Source of the DNA: Mycolicibacterium smegmatis | Lineage (GTDB): Bacteria; Actinomycetota; Actinomycetes; Mycobacteriales; Mycobacteriaceae | Length of the DNA: 32,000 nt | Direction of reading: 5' to 3' | Assembly (NCBI RefSeq): GCF_001457595.1 | Contig: NZ_LN831039.1 | Coordinates: 5,280,001-5,312,000 of the forward strand | Shown: piece after piece, positions 18,325 through 28,327 of the stretch | Layout of the letters: each line of letters opens with the position of its first letter | How positions within the stretch are numbered: the stretch's first letter is position 1 | Position numbers and translations under genes: made by a program | Notes under the pieces: generated by a model | Told to the model about the DNA's origin: nothing | The model's database searches: none | What the model saw: the letters and a program-made list of their open reading frames with translations, nothing else

Positions 18325-19457
18325 CGCGCCCCCTTGGGCACCAGCCCGATCATCGTGTCGAGCCCTGTGCGCACCGCGCCTGCCACCGGGCCGGGCAACA
18401 GACCAAGCAACGCGAGTGCCGGACGGGTGACCGATGGCAGTACCGCGCCGGCCAACTGCCGCAGGCGTGCCGGGTCGCCGCCGGCCCACACCGGATCGGT
18501 GTCGGCGAGGTGGTGCGGATCCGGCAGCATGTTGACGGGTTTGCGGCGCCCGCCCGCAAGTGCCCGCCGGATCGCGTCGTCGACGCCGAGCAGACCGCCC
18601 GGCGGGTCCGGCACCACGTGGCGGATGCCGTCACCATCGGCGGTCATCGGATATTCAAGGGATACCGTGAGATCCGCGGTCAGACCGTCCGGCACGGGCA
18701 GCGCCACCGCGGACACGCGGGAAGCAAGACCGGTGGCCACGCCGCACACGGGCACGCCGAAACGCCGCTTGCCCGCCAAGCGGGAGTACGCCGCCAAAAC
18801 CCCACGGTAGGTGGTGGTCTCGGGCCCACAGATGTCATATGCCCCGGCGGGCACCTTATCGGTGTCGGCCGCGGCCACCAGATAGTGCAGCACGTCGCGG
18901 ATCGAGATGGGATCCATGGGGTTCGACAGCCACGACGGCAGCGGCATCACCGGGAAACGGTCGGCCACGTACCGCAGGATCTCGAACGACGTCGACCCCG
19001 CGCCGATGATCATCGCCGCGCCAAGCCACACCACCTCGGGGCCGCCGTCCACACTCAGAGCATGGGCCACCTCGGCACGGCCCGCCAGGTGATCGGACAA
19101 CGTGTCGTCGTCGGGGACGAACCCGCCGAGGTAGACGACGCGCTGGACCCCGGCGTCACGTGCGGCCGTGGCGAGGTTGGTCGCGGCGCGGTTGTCGGCC
19201 TCACGGAAGCCGGGTTCACCGATGCCGTGCAGCAGGTAGTAGACGACGTCGATGTCGCCTGCCTTGCCGAACGCGTCACGTACCGAGTCGGCGTCGCCCG
19301 CGTCGAGCCGTACGGCGCTCACGTCGGGAAACCACCCGAAGTCGGTCAGCCTGGCCGTGTTGCGGCTTGCCACCACGACGTCGTGATCATGCGCCAGCAG
19401 CGCCGTGACCAGCCTCGAGCCGACATATCCGGTCGCGCCGGTCACCATCATCCGCAT
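18321..19457 (-). CDS. NAD(P)-binding, SDR-like / NmrA-like protein
   Basis: MMVTGATGYVGSRLVTALLAHDHDVVVASRNTARL Rossmann N-terminus. Confidence 0.87.
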   Translation of the reverse strand: MRMMVTGATGYVGSRLVTALLAHDHDVVVASRNTARLTDFGWFPDVSAVRLDAGDADSVRDAFGKAGDIDVVYYLLHGIGEPGFREADNRAATNLATAARDAGVQRVVYLGGFVPDDDTLSDHLAGRAEVAHALSVDGGPEVVWLGAAMIIGAGSTSFEILRYVADRFPVMPLPSWLSNPMDPISIRDVLHYLVAAADTDKVPAGAYDICGPETTTYRGVLAAYSRLAGKRRFGVPVCGVATGLASRVSAVALPVPDGLTADLTVSLEYPMTADGDGIRHVVPDPPGGLLGVDDAIRRALAGGRRKPVNMLPDPHHLADTDPVWAGGDPARLRQLAGAVLPSVTRPALALLGLLPGPVAGAVRTGLDTMIGLVPKGAR

Positions 19458-19466
19458 GCTGGGGTC

Positions 19467-20063
19467 CTATCCACGCGCCGTGTATACCCCCGCATCGATC
19501 GCGGCAACCGCCGCGTCCGCCGCACGGTCCGCGTCAGCGGTCGTGAGGCGCTTTGTGCTCGTGAGGAATTGGTAGTACAGCGGGGCCGACACCTGGCGAA
19601 TTGCCGCCGCGGCGTCGGTTCCCGCCGGCGCCTCGCCGCGCGCTATGGCGTCGGTCACACACCCTGACCACTCCACGATGCGGCGCGCATAGAAGTCCTC
19701 GAGCGCCTCGGCTGTGCGCGGATCGCACGTGGCCGCGGCGATCATGGCCTTGAACAACCGGCCCTGCCGCGCGTCCGCGAGCGTGCGGCGCACCAACCGG
19801 GCATTGGCCTGCAGATCGCCGCGCAGTGATCCGGTGTCCGCACGGGGCAGCGACTGTTCGGCCATATCGGTCAGCAGGTCGGCGACGAGCGCCGGGACGG
19901 TCCCCCACCGGCGGTACACGGTTGACTTCCCCACGCCGGCCCGTTCGGCGACCACGGTGAGCTCAAGACCGTCGAACCCGGCCTCGATCAGCAGATCCTC
20001 TGCGGCCGAGAGCACCGCCCGCCGCACAGCGGCGGTGCGCCCGCCGGGTCGTTCACCAGCCAC
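19467..20063 (-). CDS. TetR/AcrR family transcriptional regulator
   Basis: VRRAVLSAAEDLLIEAGFDGLELTVVAERAGVGKSTVYRRWGTVPALVADLL. Confidence 0.92.
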   Translation of the reverse strand: MAGERPGGRTAAVRRAVLSAAEDLLIEAGFDGLELTVVAERAGVGKSTVYRRWGTVPALVADLLTDMAEQSLPRADTGSLRGDLQANARLVRRTLADARQGRLFKAMIAAATCDPRTAEALEDFYARRIVEWSGCVTDAIARGEAPAGTDAAAAIRQVSAPLYYQFLTSTKRLTTADADRAADAAVAAIDAGVYTARG

Positions 20064-20141
20064 CCGCCCATCTTAATAGGAACTTCGTCCCGTTAGTGTT
20101 ATCGTCCGTTATCGGGAATACAGTTTCGTTAAGGAGTGATG

Positions 20142-21150
<1,009 letters not shown>

Positions 21151-21179
<29 letters not shown>

Positions 21180-21672
21180 GGTGCACGTAGGCCTTGGCGT
21201 TGAAGCGGTTGTGCTCGACCTCGTCGTCGCTCATCTCGCGTCGCACCTTGCCCGGCACGCCCGCCACGAGCGAACGCGGCGGCACCACCATGCCCTGCGG
21301 CACCACCGCACCCGCGGCCACCAGCGAACCGGCGCCGATCACGGCGCCGTTGAGCACCACCGCGCCCATGCCGATCAGGCTGTCGTCCTCGACGGTGCAG
21401 CCGTGCAGCACCACGTTGTGGCCGACCGTCACGCCGGTGCCGAGGCGGCACGGGAAGCCGGGGTCGACGTGCACGGTGACGCCGTCCTGGATGTTGCTGC
21501 CCTCACCGATCTCGATGGGCTCGGACTCGGCGCGCAACGTCGCGCCGTACCAGACGCTGGCGCGTGCGGCCAGCGAAACCTGGCCGATCACACTGGCATT
21601 GGGCGCCACGAACGATTCGGGATCGAGTTGCGGCGCATGGCCGAGGATGGGGATGATCAGCGGCTCCGGCAT
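21151..21672 (-). CDS. Gamma carbonic anhydrase family protein (left-handed beta-helix)
   Basis: MPEPLIIPILGHAPQLDPESFVAPNASVIGQVSLAARASVWYGATLRAE...NIQDGVTVHVDPGFPCRLGTGVTVGHNVVLHGC. Confidence 0.93.
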
Positions 21673-21702
21673 GCGGGCAATGGTAGACACCCGACGCGGC
21701 GG

Positions 21703-22665
21703 TCAGGTGCCCTGGTAGACCTTGCGGTAACTCGACGGCGACATCCCGAGCCCGCGGCGCAGATGGTGGCGCAGGTTGCCCGCGGTGCCCAGTCCCGAGA
21801 GCCGGGCCACCTCGTCGATCGGAAGGTCGTGGGACTCCAGCAGTTCCCGCGCGTAGTCGATGCGCCGGTTGCGGATCCACGTCCCGGGTGACTGCCCGGT
21901 CTCCTCGGCGAACCTGCGGCTGAACGTGCGGGCGCTCATGTGCGCGTGGCGGGCGAGTCGCTCGACGGTGAGTTCCTCGTGCAGCCGGTCGAGCGCCCAT
22001 TCACGCGTCCCGGCCGTGGATGTGGTGGCCTGCTCGGGCTCAGGGAGTCTGCGGTCGATGAACTGCGCCTGCCCGCCCTCACGCCATGGCGGCACGACGC
22101 AGTAGCGCGCCACCGCGTTGGCCACCCCGGCACCGTGATCGGTCCGGATGATGTGCAGGCACAGGTCGATTCCCGCCGCGAGCCCCGCCGAGGTGAGCAG
22201 ATCCCCGTCGTCGACGAACAGCACGTTCTCGTCGACCGCGATCTTCGGATGAAGGCGCCGCAGCTCATCGGCCCAGCGCCAGTGCGTGGTGGCCGGCCTG
22301 CCGTCGAGCAGGCCCGCGGCCGCGAGCACGAACGCTCCGGTGCAGATCGAGACCAGCCGGGTACCCGCGGGAATCCTCGCCAGCGCGGCCGACACGTCCT
22401 CCTCGAGCACGCCGTCCTGCCGGGCGGCCGCATAAGTGGTGCCGGGCACGACGACGGTGTCCGCGCTCGCGAGCGCCTCGGGGCCTGCGGCGGGGACGAT
22501 CGCGAACCCGTTGGTGGAGTGCACGGGTTCGCCGTCGACGCCGCACGTCACGACCTCGTACAGGGGGTTGCCGTCGGCGTCGGTCGCGTAGCCGAACAGC
22601 ATCGGCGCGATGGTCGCGTCGAAGGCGATCACCGGAGGGATGAGGAGGACGGCGACGCGGTGCAC
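21703..22665 (-). CDS. GlxA family transcriptional regulator (DJ-1/PfpI plus AraC HTH)
   Basis: N-terminal DJ-1-like domain with IPAGTRLVSICTGAFVLAAAGLLDGRPATTHW, C-terminal RLARHAHMSARTFSRRFAEETGQSPGTWIRNRRIDYARELLE. Confidence 0.92.
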   Translation of the reverse strand: MHRVAVLLIPPVIAFDATIAPMLFGYATDADGNPLYEVVTCGVDGEPVHSTNGFAIVPAAGPEALASADTVVVPGTTYAAARQDGVLEEDVSAALARIPAGTRLVSICTGAFVLAAAGLLDGRPATTHWRWADELRRLHPKIAVDENVLFVDDGDLLTSAGLAAGIDLCLHIIRTDHGAGVANAVARYCVVPPWREGGQAQFIDRRLPEPEQATTSTAGTREWALDRLHEELTVERLARHAHMSARTFSRRFAEETGQSPGTWIRNRRIDYARELLESHDLPIDEVARLSGLGTAGNLRHHLRRGLGMSPSSYRKVYQGT

Positions 22666-22747
22666 GTCGGCAGTATGGCATGTTTTTGACGAATGATGGC
22701 GTTCATGCCACTTGGCCCGGGCGGGCACGGTCGGTCAAGGTGATCGG

Positions 22748-24061
22748 GTGAGCACGGACATCGGCCGAACCGCCGGACAGAAAGCCCAACGCATCCACTG
22801 GGCGTGGGTGGTCGCGGCGGTGAGTTTCGTGGCGATCCTGGGCGCTGCCGGCTTCCGGTCCATCCCCGGCGTGATGATGAACCCTCTGCATCACGAGTTC
22901 GGGTGGACGCACGGCACCGTCGGGCTCGCGATGTCGGTCAACATGATGTTGTACGGCCTCACCGCGCCGTTCGCCGCGGCGCTCATGGACCGCTTCGGCG
23001 TCCGGCCCGTGCTGACCGTGTCGCTGTTGCTGATCACCACCGGCTCGGCGCTGAGCATCACCATGACCGCCAGCTGGCAGCTGGTGCTGCTGTGGGGCGT
23101 GCTGGTGGGTATCGGCACCGGATCGATCTCGATGGGGTTCGTCGCGACGATCGCGACGCGCTGGTTCGAGCAGCGCCGCGGCCTGGTCACGGGTGTGCTC
23201 ACGGCCGCGAGCGCGACCGGGCAGCTCATCTTCCTGCCGATCGTGGCCGCGGTGACCACGCACCACGGCTGGCGCTGGGCCTCGCTCATCGTCGCGGCGG
23301 CCGCGCTGGCCGTCGTCCCGCTCGTCGCGGTGTTCATGCGCAACTACCCCGCCGACAAGGGCCTGGCGCCCTACGGCGCCGGGGAGGCCCAGGCAGCCGC
23401 ACCGGTGGTGCCCGCGAGCAGCTTCGCGGCCGCGTTCGACGGGCTGCGCCTCGGGGCGCGCTCACGCGCCTTCTGGCTGCTGGCGGCGAGCTTCGCGATC
23501 TGCGGTATGACCACCAACGGCCTGATCGCGACGCACTTCATCCCCGCGGCCAACGACCACGGCATGCCGACGACCGTCGCCGCGGGCCTGCTCGCCACGA
23601 TCGGCATCCTCGACGTCGCGGGCACGGTGTTCTCGGGTTGGCTCACCGACCGCGTCGATCCGCGCGTGCTGTTGCTCGTCTACTACGCCGGCCGCGGGGT
23701 CTCCCTGCTGTTGTTGCCGTCACTTCTTTCGCCGCAGGCCGAACCGAGCACATGGGTGTTCGTGGTGTTCTACGGGCTGGACTGGGTGGCCACAGTCCCG
23801 CCGACCATCGTGCTGTGCCGGGATTTCTTCGGCACGCGCTCGCCCGTGGTGTTCGGCTGGGTGTTCGCATCGCACCAGGTGGGCGCCGCTATTGCGGCCG
23901 CGGGCGCGGGCTGGCTGCGCGACCTCAACGGTAACTACGACATGGCCTTCTACCTGGCGGCCGGGCTGTGCTTCATCGCCGCGGTGTTCTCTGCCTCCAT
24001 CGGGAAATCGCAGGTCAGCAGTGAAGAAGCGGACTCGGTAGAGACGTCTGCTTTGCCGTAA
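22748..24061 (+). CDS. MFS transporter (monocarboxylate/oxalate-formate antiporter-like)
   Basis: RIHWAWVVAAVSFVAILGAAGFRSIPGVMMNPLHHEFGWTHGTVGLAMSVNMMLYGLTAPFAAALMDRFGVRPVL; start GTG 22748. Confidence 0.9.
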   Translation: MSTDIGRTAGQKAQRIHWAWVVAAVSFVAILGAAGFRSIPGVMMNPLHHEFGWTHGTVGLAMSVNMMLYGLTAPFAAALMDRFGVRPVLTVSLLLITTGSALSITMTASWQLVLLWGVLVGIGTGSISMGFVATIATRWFEQRRGLVTGVLTAASATGQLIFLPIVAAVTTHHGWRWASLIVAAAALAVVPLVAVFMRNYPADKGLAPYGAGEAQAAAPVVPASSFAAAFDGLRLGARSRAFWLLAASFAICGMTTNGLIATHFIPAANDHGMPTTVAAGLLATIGILDVAGTVFSGWLTDRVDPRVLLLVYYAGRGVSLLLLPSLLSPQAEPSTWVFVVFYGLDWVATVPPTIVLCRDFFGTRSPVVFGWVFASHQVGAAIAAAGAGWLRDLNGNYDMAFYLAAGLCFIAAVFSASIGKSQVSSEEADSVETSALP

Positions 24062-24206
24062 CCGTTACGAAGCCTTTACGATCCGATGCGGCGCCGCGGG
24101 GAACGCCGAAGCATTTGCGCTTGCGGGTGCTCGCGTTCCGACCGATTCGGCGCGCGTCACCGGCAACCGAACGAACTGGCCGGCCTGAGCGGGAGGAAAA
24201 CCCAGC

Positions 24207-24962
24207 ATGCACACGCGTACCAAGACATTGGGGGCTGCCGCGGCAATCGCCGCGATCGCCACGTCTCTGCCACTGGCAGTCACGGCTTACGCCGAGCCGG
24301 AGACCACCACCGAGGCAGAGCCGACGGTCGAGATCCCCGATCCGCAGGGACCCGGCTGCGACGACTTCAAGAAGGCCGTGCCGTCCTGGAAGGCGCTCAA
24401 CGACGTGCCGGTCAGCCAGGCCCTCGCCGCCATCCCCGAGATCAGCACGTTCAACGCCGCGGTGTCGGGTGGCCTGAACCCCGCGGTCAACATCGACCCG
24501 GTGCTCGACAACGGCCCGTACGTGGTGTTCGCGCCCACCAACGAGGCGTTCGCGAAGCTCGCCCCGGGCCAGCTGGACGCGATCGCCGCCGATCCGGCCG
24601 CGCTGACGAGCCTCGACTACTACCACGCGTTCCTCGGCCTGCTCGGCAACGATGACGTCAAGGGACAGCGCCCCACCCAGCAGGGCGCCGAGATCAAGGT
24701 GACCGGCAAGGGCGGCGACATCGAGGTCAACGACACCGCCAAGCTCGTCTGTGGCGCGATCCACGCCCAGAACGCCCGCATCTACCTGATCGACACCGTG
24801 CTGGACCCGAACAACCCGCCGGAGGCGCTGACCCCTACGGTGTCGGGTACCTCCACCACGCCGACGACCACCACGGAGACCACCGAGCCGGCGCCCGCCG
24901 AGGCCCCGGAGTCGGCGGAGACCCCCGAGGCGATGCCCGCGGCCGACGCCCCGATCGGCTGA
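24207..24962 (+). CDS. Secreted fasciclin (FAS1) domain protein, MPT70/MPT83-like
   Basis: Signal peptide MHTRTKTLGAAAAIAAIATSLPLAVTAYAEP; PYVVFAPTNEAFAKL and YLIDTVLDP FAS1 motifs; Thr/Pro/Ala/Glu-rich tail; GGGAGGA SD. Confidence 0.92.
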   Translation: MHTRTKTLGAAAAIAAIATSLPLAVTAYAEPETTTEAEPTVEIPDPQGPGCDDFKKAVPSWKALNDVPVSQALAAIPEISTFNAAVSGGLNPAVNIDPVLDNGPYVVFAPTNEAFAKLAPGQLDAIAADPAALTSLDYYHAFLGLLGNDDVKGQRPTQQGAEIKVTGKGGDIEVNDTAKLVCGAIHAQNARIYLIDTVLDPNNPPEALTPTVSGTSTTPTTTTETTEPAPAEAPESAETPEAMPAADAPIG

Positions 24963-24978
24963 TCTTTCTTCTGCAGCA

Positions 24979-25020
24979 ACAGAACTGCCCCTTTTCCGAG
25001 CGGAAAAGGGGCAGTTCTGT
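24979..25020. terminator. Strong bidirectional terminator hairpin
   Basis: ACAGAACTGCCCCTTTTCC-GAGC-GGAAAAGGGGCAGTTCTGT: perfect 19-bp stem, 4-nt loop, between convergent genes. Confidence 0.93.
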
Positions 25021-25039
25021 ATTTGGTCGCGGCCAGACG

Positions 25040-26182
25040 CTAGACACCCAGGTCGCGGCCGATGATCTCCTTCATGATCTCGGTGGTGCCACCGAAGATC
25101 GTCTGGATGCGTCCGTCGACGTAGGCGCGGGCCACGCGGTACTCCATCATGTAGCCGTAACCGCCGTGCAACTGCACGCAGTTGTCGACGATCTTCTTGG
25201 CGGTCTCGGTCGCCCACCACTTGGCCTTGGCGGCCTCGACCGCGGTGAGCTCACCGTCGACGACACCCTGCAGGCAGCGGTCGATGTAGTTCTCGGTGAC
25301 CTCGAGCTCGGTCTCCATCTCGGCGAGCAGGAACCGGTTGTGCTGGAAGCTGCCGATCGGCTGGCCGAAGGCCTTGCGGTCCTTGCAGTACTGCAGCGTC
25401 TCGTCGAACACCGCGCGCGCACCGGCGATGGCCGAGATGGCGATCGAGAGGCGCTCCGACGGCAGGTTGGTCATCAGGTGGTAGAACCCGCGACCTTCCT
25501 TGCCCAGCAGGTTGGCATGCGGCACACGGACATTCTCGAAGTGCAGCTCCGAGGTGTCCTGGCTGTGCAGGCCCATCTTGTCGAGCTTGCGACCGCGGGT
25601 GAAGCCCTCCATGCCCCGCTCGACCACGAACAGCGAGAAGCCCTTGTGGCCGGCCTCGGGATCGGTGCGGGCCACCACGACGCACAGGTCGCAGTTGATG
25701 CCCGACGAGATGAACGTCTTGGAGCCGTTGATGATCCAGTCGTCACCGTCGCGCACCGCCGAGGTGCGGATGCCCGCCAGGTCGCTGCCCGCGCCGGGCT
25801 CGGTCATCGCGATCGCGATGATGAGCTCGCCGCTGGTGATGCCGGGCAGCCAGCGCCGCCGCTGCTCGTCGTTGGCCAGTTCCTTGAAGTACGGGCCCAC
25901 GACGTCGTTGTGCAGGCTCAGCGCCGGACCGTGCACACCGGACTTGGCGATCTCCTCGTCGATGATCGCGTTGAACCGGAAGTCGTCGGACCCGCCGCCG
26001 CCGAACTCCTCGGGCATGTTGAACCCGATGAGGCCGTACTTACCGGCCGCCGTGTACGCGGACCGGTCGACGATGCGCTCGGCCTCCCACTTCTCGGAGT
26101 GCGGGACGAGCTCACGCTCGATGTACTCCTTGACGGTCTGGCGGAACGCCTCGTGCTCTTCGTTGTAGATGAGTCGCTTCAC
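25040..26182 (-). CDS. Acyl-CoA dehydrogenase (FadE family)
   Basis: MKRLIYNEEHEAFRQTVKEYI...AMTEPGAGSDLAGIRTSA...YCKDRKAFGQPIGSFQH...QLHGGYGYMMEYRVARAYVDGRIQTIFGGTTEIMKEIIGR. GTG 26182; the 471-aa track ORF is over-extended. Confidence 0.95.
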   Translation of the reverse strand: MKRLIYNEEHEAFRQTVKEYIERELVPHSEKWEAERIVDRSAYTAAGKYGLIGFNMPEEFGGGGSDDFRFNAIIDEEIAKSGVHGPALSLHNDVVGPYFKELANDEQRRRWLPGITSGELIIAIAMTEPGAGSDLAGIRTSAVRDGDDWIINGSKTFISSGINCDLCVVVARTDPEAGHKGFSLFVVERGMEGFTRGRKLDKMGLHSQDTSELHFENVRVPHANLLGKEGRGFYHLMTNLPSERLSIAISAIAGARAVFDETLQYCKDRKAFGQPIGSFQHNRFLLAEMETELEVTENYIDRCLQGVVDGELTAVEAAKAKWWATETAKKIVDNCVQLHGGYGYMMEYRVARAYVDGRIQTIFGGTTEIMKEIIGRDLGV

Positions 26183-26187
26183 TTGCG

Positions 26188-26982
26188 TTACTTGGCCTTC
26201 CAAACGGGCTGGCGCTTCTGCGCGAAAGCCAGCGGACCTTCCATGGCATCTTCGGTTTTCAGCAGCGTGACGAACTCGCGGTTCGTGCGCTTCCACGACG
26301 GCTGCTCGGCGGGCACCGTGCCCTCCTCGGCGCCGTAGGCGACGCGCTTGCTGGCCTGCACGGCCAGCGGTGCGTTGCACGTGATGCGTTCCGCGAGAGC
26401 CAGAGCCGCGTCGACGACGGTGCCGTCGGGCACCACCTGGTTGATCAGGCCCCACTTCAGCGCGTCGGCGGCGCTGATCGGGTCACCGGTGTACACCAAC
26501 TCCAGCGCCACCTTGCGCGGCAGCTGCTCGATGATGCGGAAAACGCCTCCGGCACCGGCGATCAGGCCACGCTTGACCTCGGGCAGACCGAACATCGCAC
26601 GCTCCTCGGCGACCACCAGATCACTGGCCAGCGCCAGTTCGGTGCCGCCACCGAGAGCGGTGCCGTTGACCGCGGCGATGGTCGGCTTGTCGATGAAATG
26701 GCTGACGTAGCCTGCGAATCCGTACTCGGGATGCTCGGGGTGGAAGAGGTTCTCCCCACGCGAGATCGCCTTGAGGTCCGCACCGGCGCAGAACGACTTG
26801 TCACCCGCACCGGTGAGGACCACTGCGCGAACCTCGGGGTCGTTCTGCGCTTCGGCCAGCGCGTCGCCGACGGCCTGGCTCACCGACGAGTTGATGGCGT
26901 TGCGCGCCTCGGGCCGGTTGATGGTGATGAGCAGGACATTGCCTCTGCGCTCGGTGAGAGCGCCCGGCGCGGTTTCGGTCAC
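26188..26982 (-). CDS. Enoyl-CoA hydratase/crotonase family
   Basis: GNVLLITINRPEARNAINSSVSQAVGDAL...FCAGADLKAIS...TIAAVNGTALGGGTELALASDLVVAEERAMFGLPEVKRGLIAGAGGVFR; GTG 26982 overlaps the thiolase stop. Confidence 0.94.
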   Translation of the reverse strand: MTETAPGALTERRGNVLLITINRPEARNAINSSVSQAVGDALAEAQNDPEVRAVVLTGAGDKSFCAGADLKAISRGENLFHPEHPEYGFAGYVSHFIDKPTIAAVNGTALGGGTELALASDLVVAEERAMFGLPEVKRGLIAGAGGVFRIIEQLPRKVALELVYTGDPISAADALKWGLINQVVPDGTVVDAALALAERITCNAPLAVQASKRVAYGAEEGTVPAEQPSWKRTNREFVTLLKTEDAMEGPLAFAQKRQPVWKAK

Positions 26983-28136
26983 AGAAGCTCCAGGATGGTC
27001 GCGTTGGCCTGGCCGCCACCCTCGCACATGGTCTGCAGGCCGTACTGAATGTTGTTGTCGCGCATGTGGTACAGCAGCGTCGTCAGGATGCGCGCACCCG
27101 AACCGCCGAGCGGGTGACCCAGGGCGATGGCGCCGCCGTTGGGGTTCAGCTTCTTCTCGTCGGCACCGATGTCCTTGAGCCAGGCCATCGGAACGGGCGC
27201 GAACGCCTCGTTGACCTCGAACGCACCGATCTGGTCGAGGCTCAGGCCCGACTTCTTCAGCGCCTTCTGCGTGGCGGGGATCGGCGCGGTCAGCATGATG
27301 ACCGGATCGGCGCCCGCGAGAACCGCGGTGTGCACCTTGGCGATCGGCTTGAGACCGAGCTCCTTGGCCTTCTCGGCCGAGGTGATCAGCAGGGCGGCCG
27401 AACCGTCGGAGATCTGGCTGGAGTTACCGGCGTGGATCACGCCGTCCTCCTTGAAGGCGGGCTTGATGCCGGCCATCGCCTCGATGGTGCCGCCGCGGCG
27501 GATGCCGCCGTCCTCGAGCACGACGGTGTCGTTGCCGTCGGCGTCCTTGGTCTTGATGCCCACGATCTGGTCGGAGAACGCGCCCGAATCCTGGGCCGCG
27601 GCGGCCTTCTCGTGCGAGCGCAGCGAGAACTCGTCGAGCTGGGTGCGGCTGAAGCCCCACTGCTCGGCGATCATCTCGGCGCCGATGCCCTGGTTCGGGG
27701 TCTTGTCGTAGCGCGCCTTGAACGACTCGCCGTAGGGGTTGCCGCCGTTGGCCAGCGACGAGCCCATCGGGGTGCGCGACATCGACTCGACACCACCGGC
27801 GACGACGACGTCGTAGTGACCCGCGACGACACCGGCGACGGCGAAGTGCAGCGACTGCTGGCTGGAGCCGCACTGGCGGTCCACGGTGACACCCGGGACC
27901 GTCTCGGGCCAGCCGGCGCTCAGCACCGCGGTGCGCGCGATGTCGAGGGCCTGTTCACCGGCCTGCATGACGCAGCCCCAGATGACGTCGTCGACCAGTG
28001 CCGGATCGACCCCCGCGCGCTCCACCAGGCCGTTGAGGACCTGGGCGGACAGCTCGGCGGGGTGGATTCCCGACAACGCGCCGTTGCGCTTGCCGACAGG
28101 CGAGCGGACGGCCTCGACGATGACGGCTTCAGCCAT
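26979..28136 (-). CDS. Acetyl-CoA acetyltransferase / 3-ketoacyl-CoA thiolase (FadA5/FadA6-like)
   Basis: VTVDRQCGSSQQSLHFAVAGVVAGHYDVVVAGGVESMSRTPMG, VNEAFAPVPMAW, GGAIALGHPLGGSGARI, CEGGGQANATI; SD GAAGGAG. Confidence 0.95.
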   Translation of the reverse strand: MAEAVIVEAVRSPVGKRNGALSGIHPAELSAQVLNGLVERAGVDPALVDDVIWGCVMQAGEQALDIARTAVLSAGWPETVPGVTVDRQCGSSQQSLHFAVAGVVAGHYDVVVAGGVESMSRTPMGSSLANGGNPYGESFKARYDKTPNQGIGAEMIAEQWGFSRTQLDEFSLRSHEKAAAAQDSGAFSDQIVGIKTKDADGNDTVVLEDGGIRRGGTIEAMAGIKPAFKEDGVIHAGNSSQISDGSAALLITSAEKAKELGLKPIAKVHTAVLAGADPVIMLTAPIPATQKALKKSGLSLDQIGAFEVNEAFAPVPMAWLKDIGADEKKLNPNGGAIALGHPLGGSGARILTTLLYHMRDNNIQYGLQTMCEGGGQANATILELL

Positions 28137-28197
28137 GACTTCTCCTTCGAAGATGGGTAGCTGTAACCCGAATGGGCGCTGTGGTCGAAACTAGACG

Positions 28198-28227
28198 AGT
28201 AGGTTTACTAGGTCAACCTACTGGTTG
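28198..28227. promoter_or_regulatory. Multi-half-site dyad array in the FadR-like / thiolase divergent region
   Basis: AGTAGGTT-tactaggtc-AACCTACT (8-bp perfect arms), nested TAGGT-ca-ACCTA and overlapping CAACC-tact-GGTTG. Confidence 0.7.
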
Positions 28228-28327
28228 GTCGAGTTCGCTGGGAACTCCGCCACGCCGATAGATGGTTTACTGAGTTGTATAGCTGGCCTGCCCGGCCACG
28301 TCGAGTATCACCTGCAGGGAGTTAGTT

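Noticed and set aside
24015-25220. 401-aa minus-strand ORF over the fasciclin gene and the terminator
   Set aside because: Runs through a perfect 19-bp hairpin and is antisense to a signal-peptide/FAS1 gene; repetitive Gly/Arg composition.
25040-26455. 471-aa reading of the acyl-CoA dehydrogenase
   Set aside because: The first ~90 aa are out-of-frame sequence of the upstream crotonase; homology starts at GTG 26182 (MKRLIYNEEHEAF).
27066-28160. 364-aa plus-strand ORF antisense to the thiolase
   Set aside because: Shadow ORF; thiolase active-site motifs are unambiguous on the minus strand.
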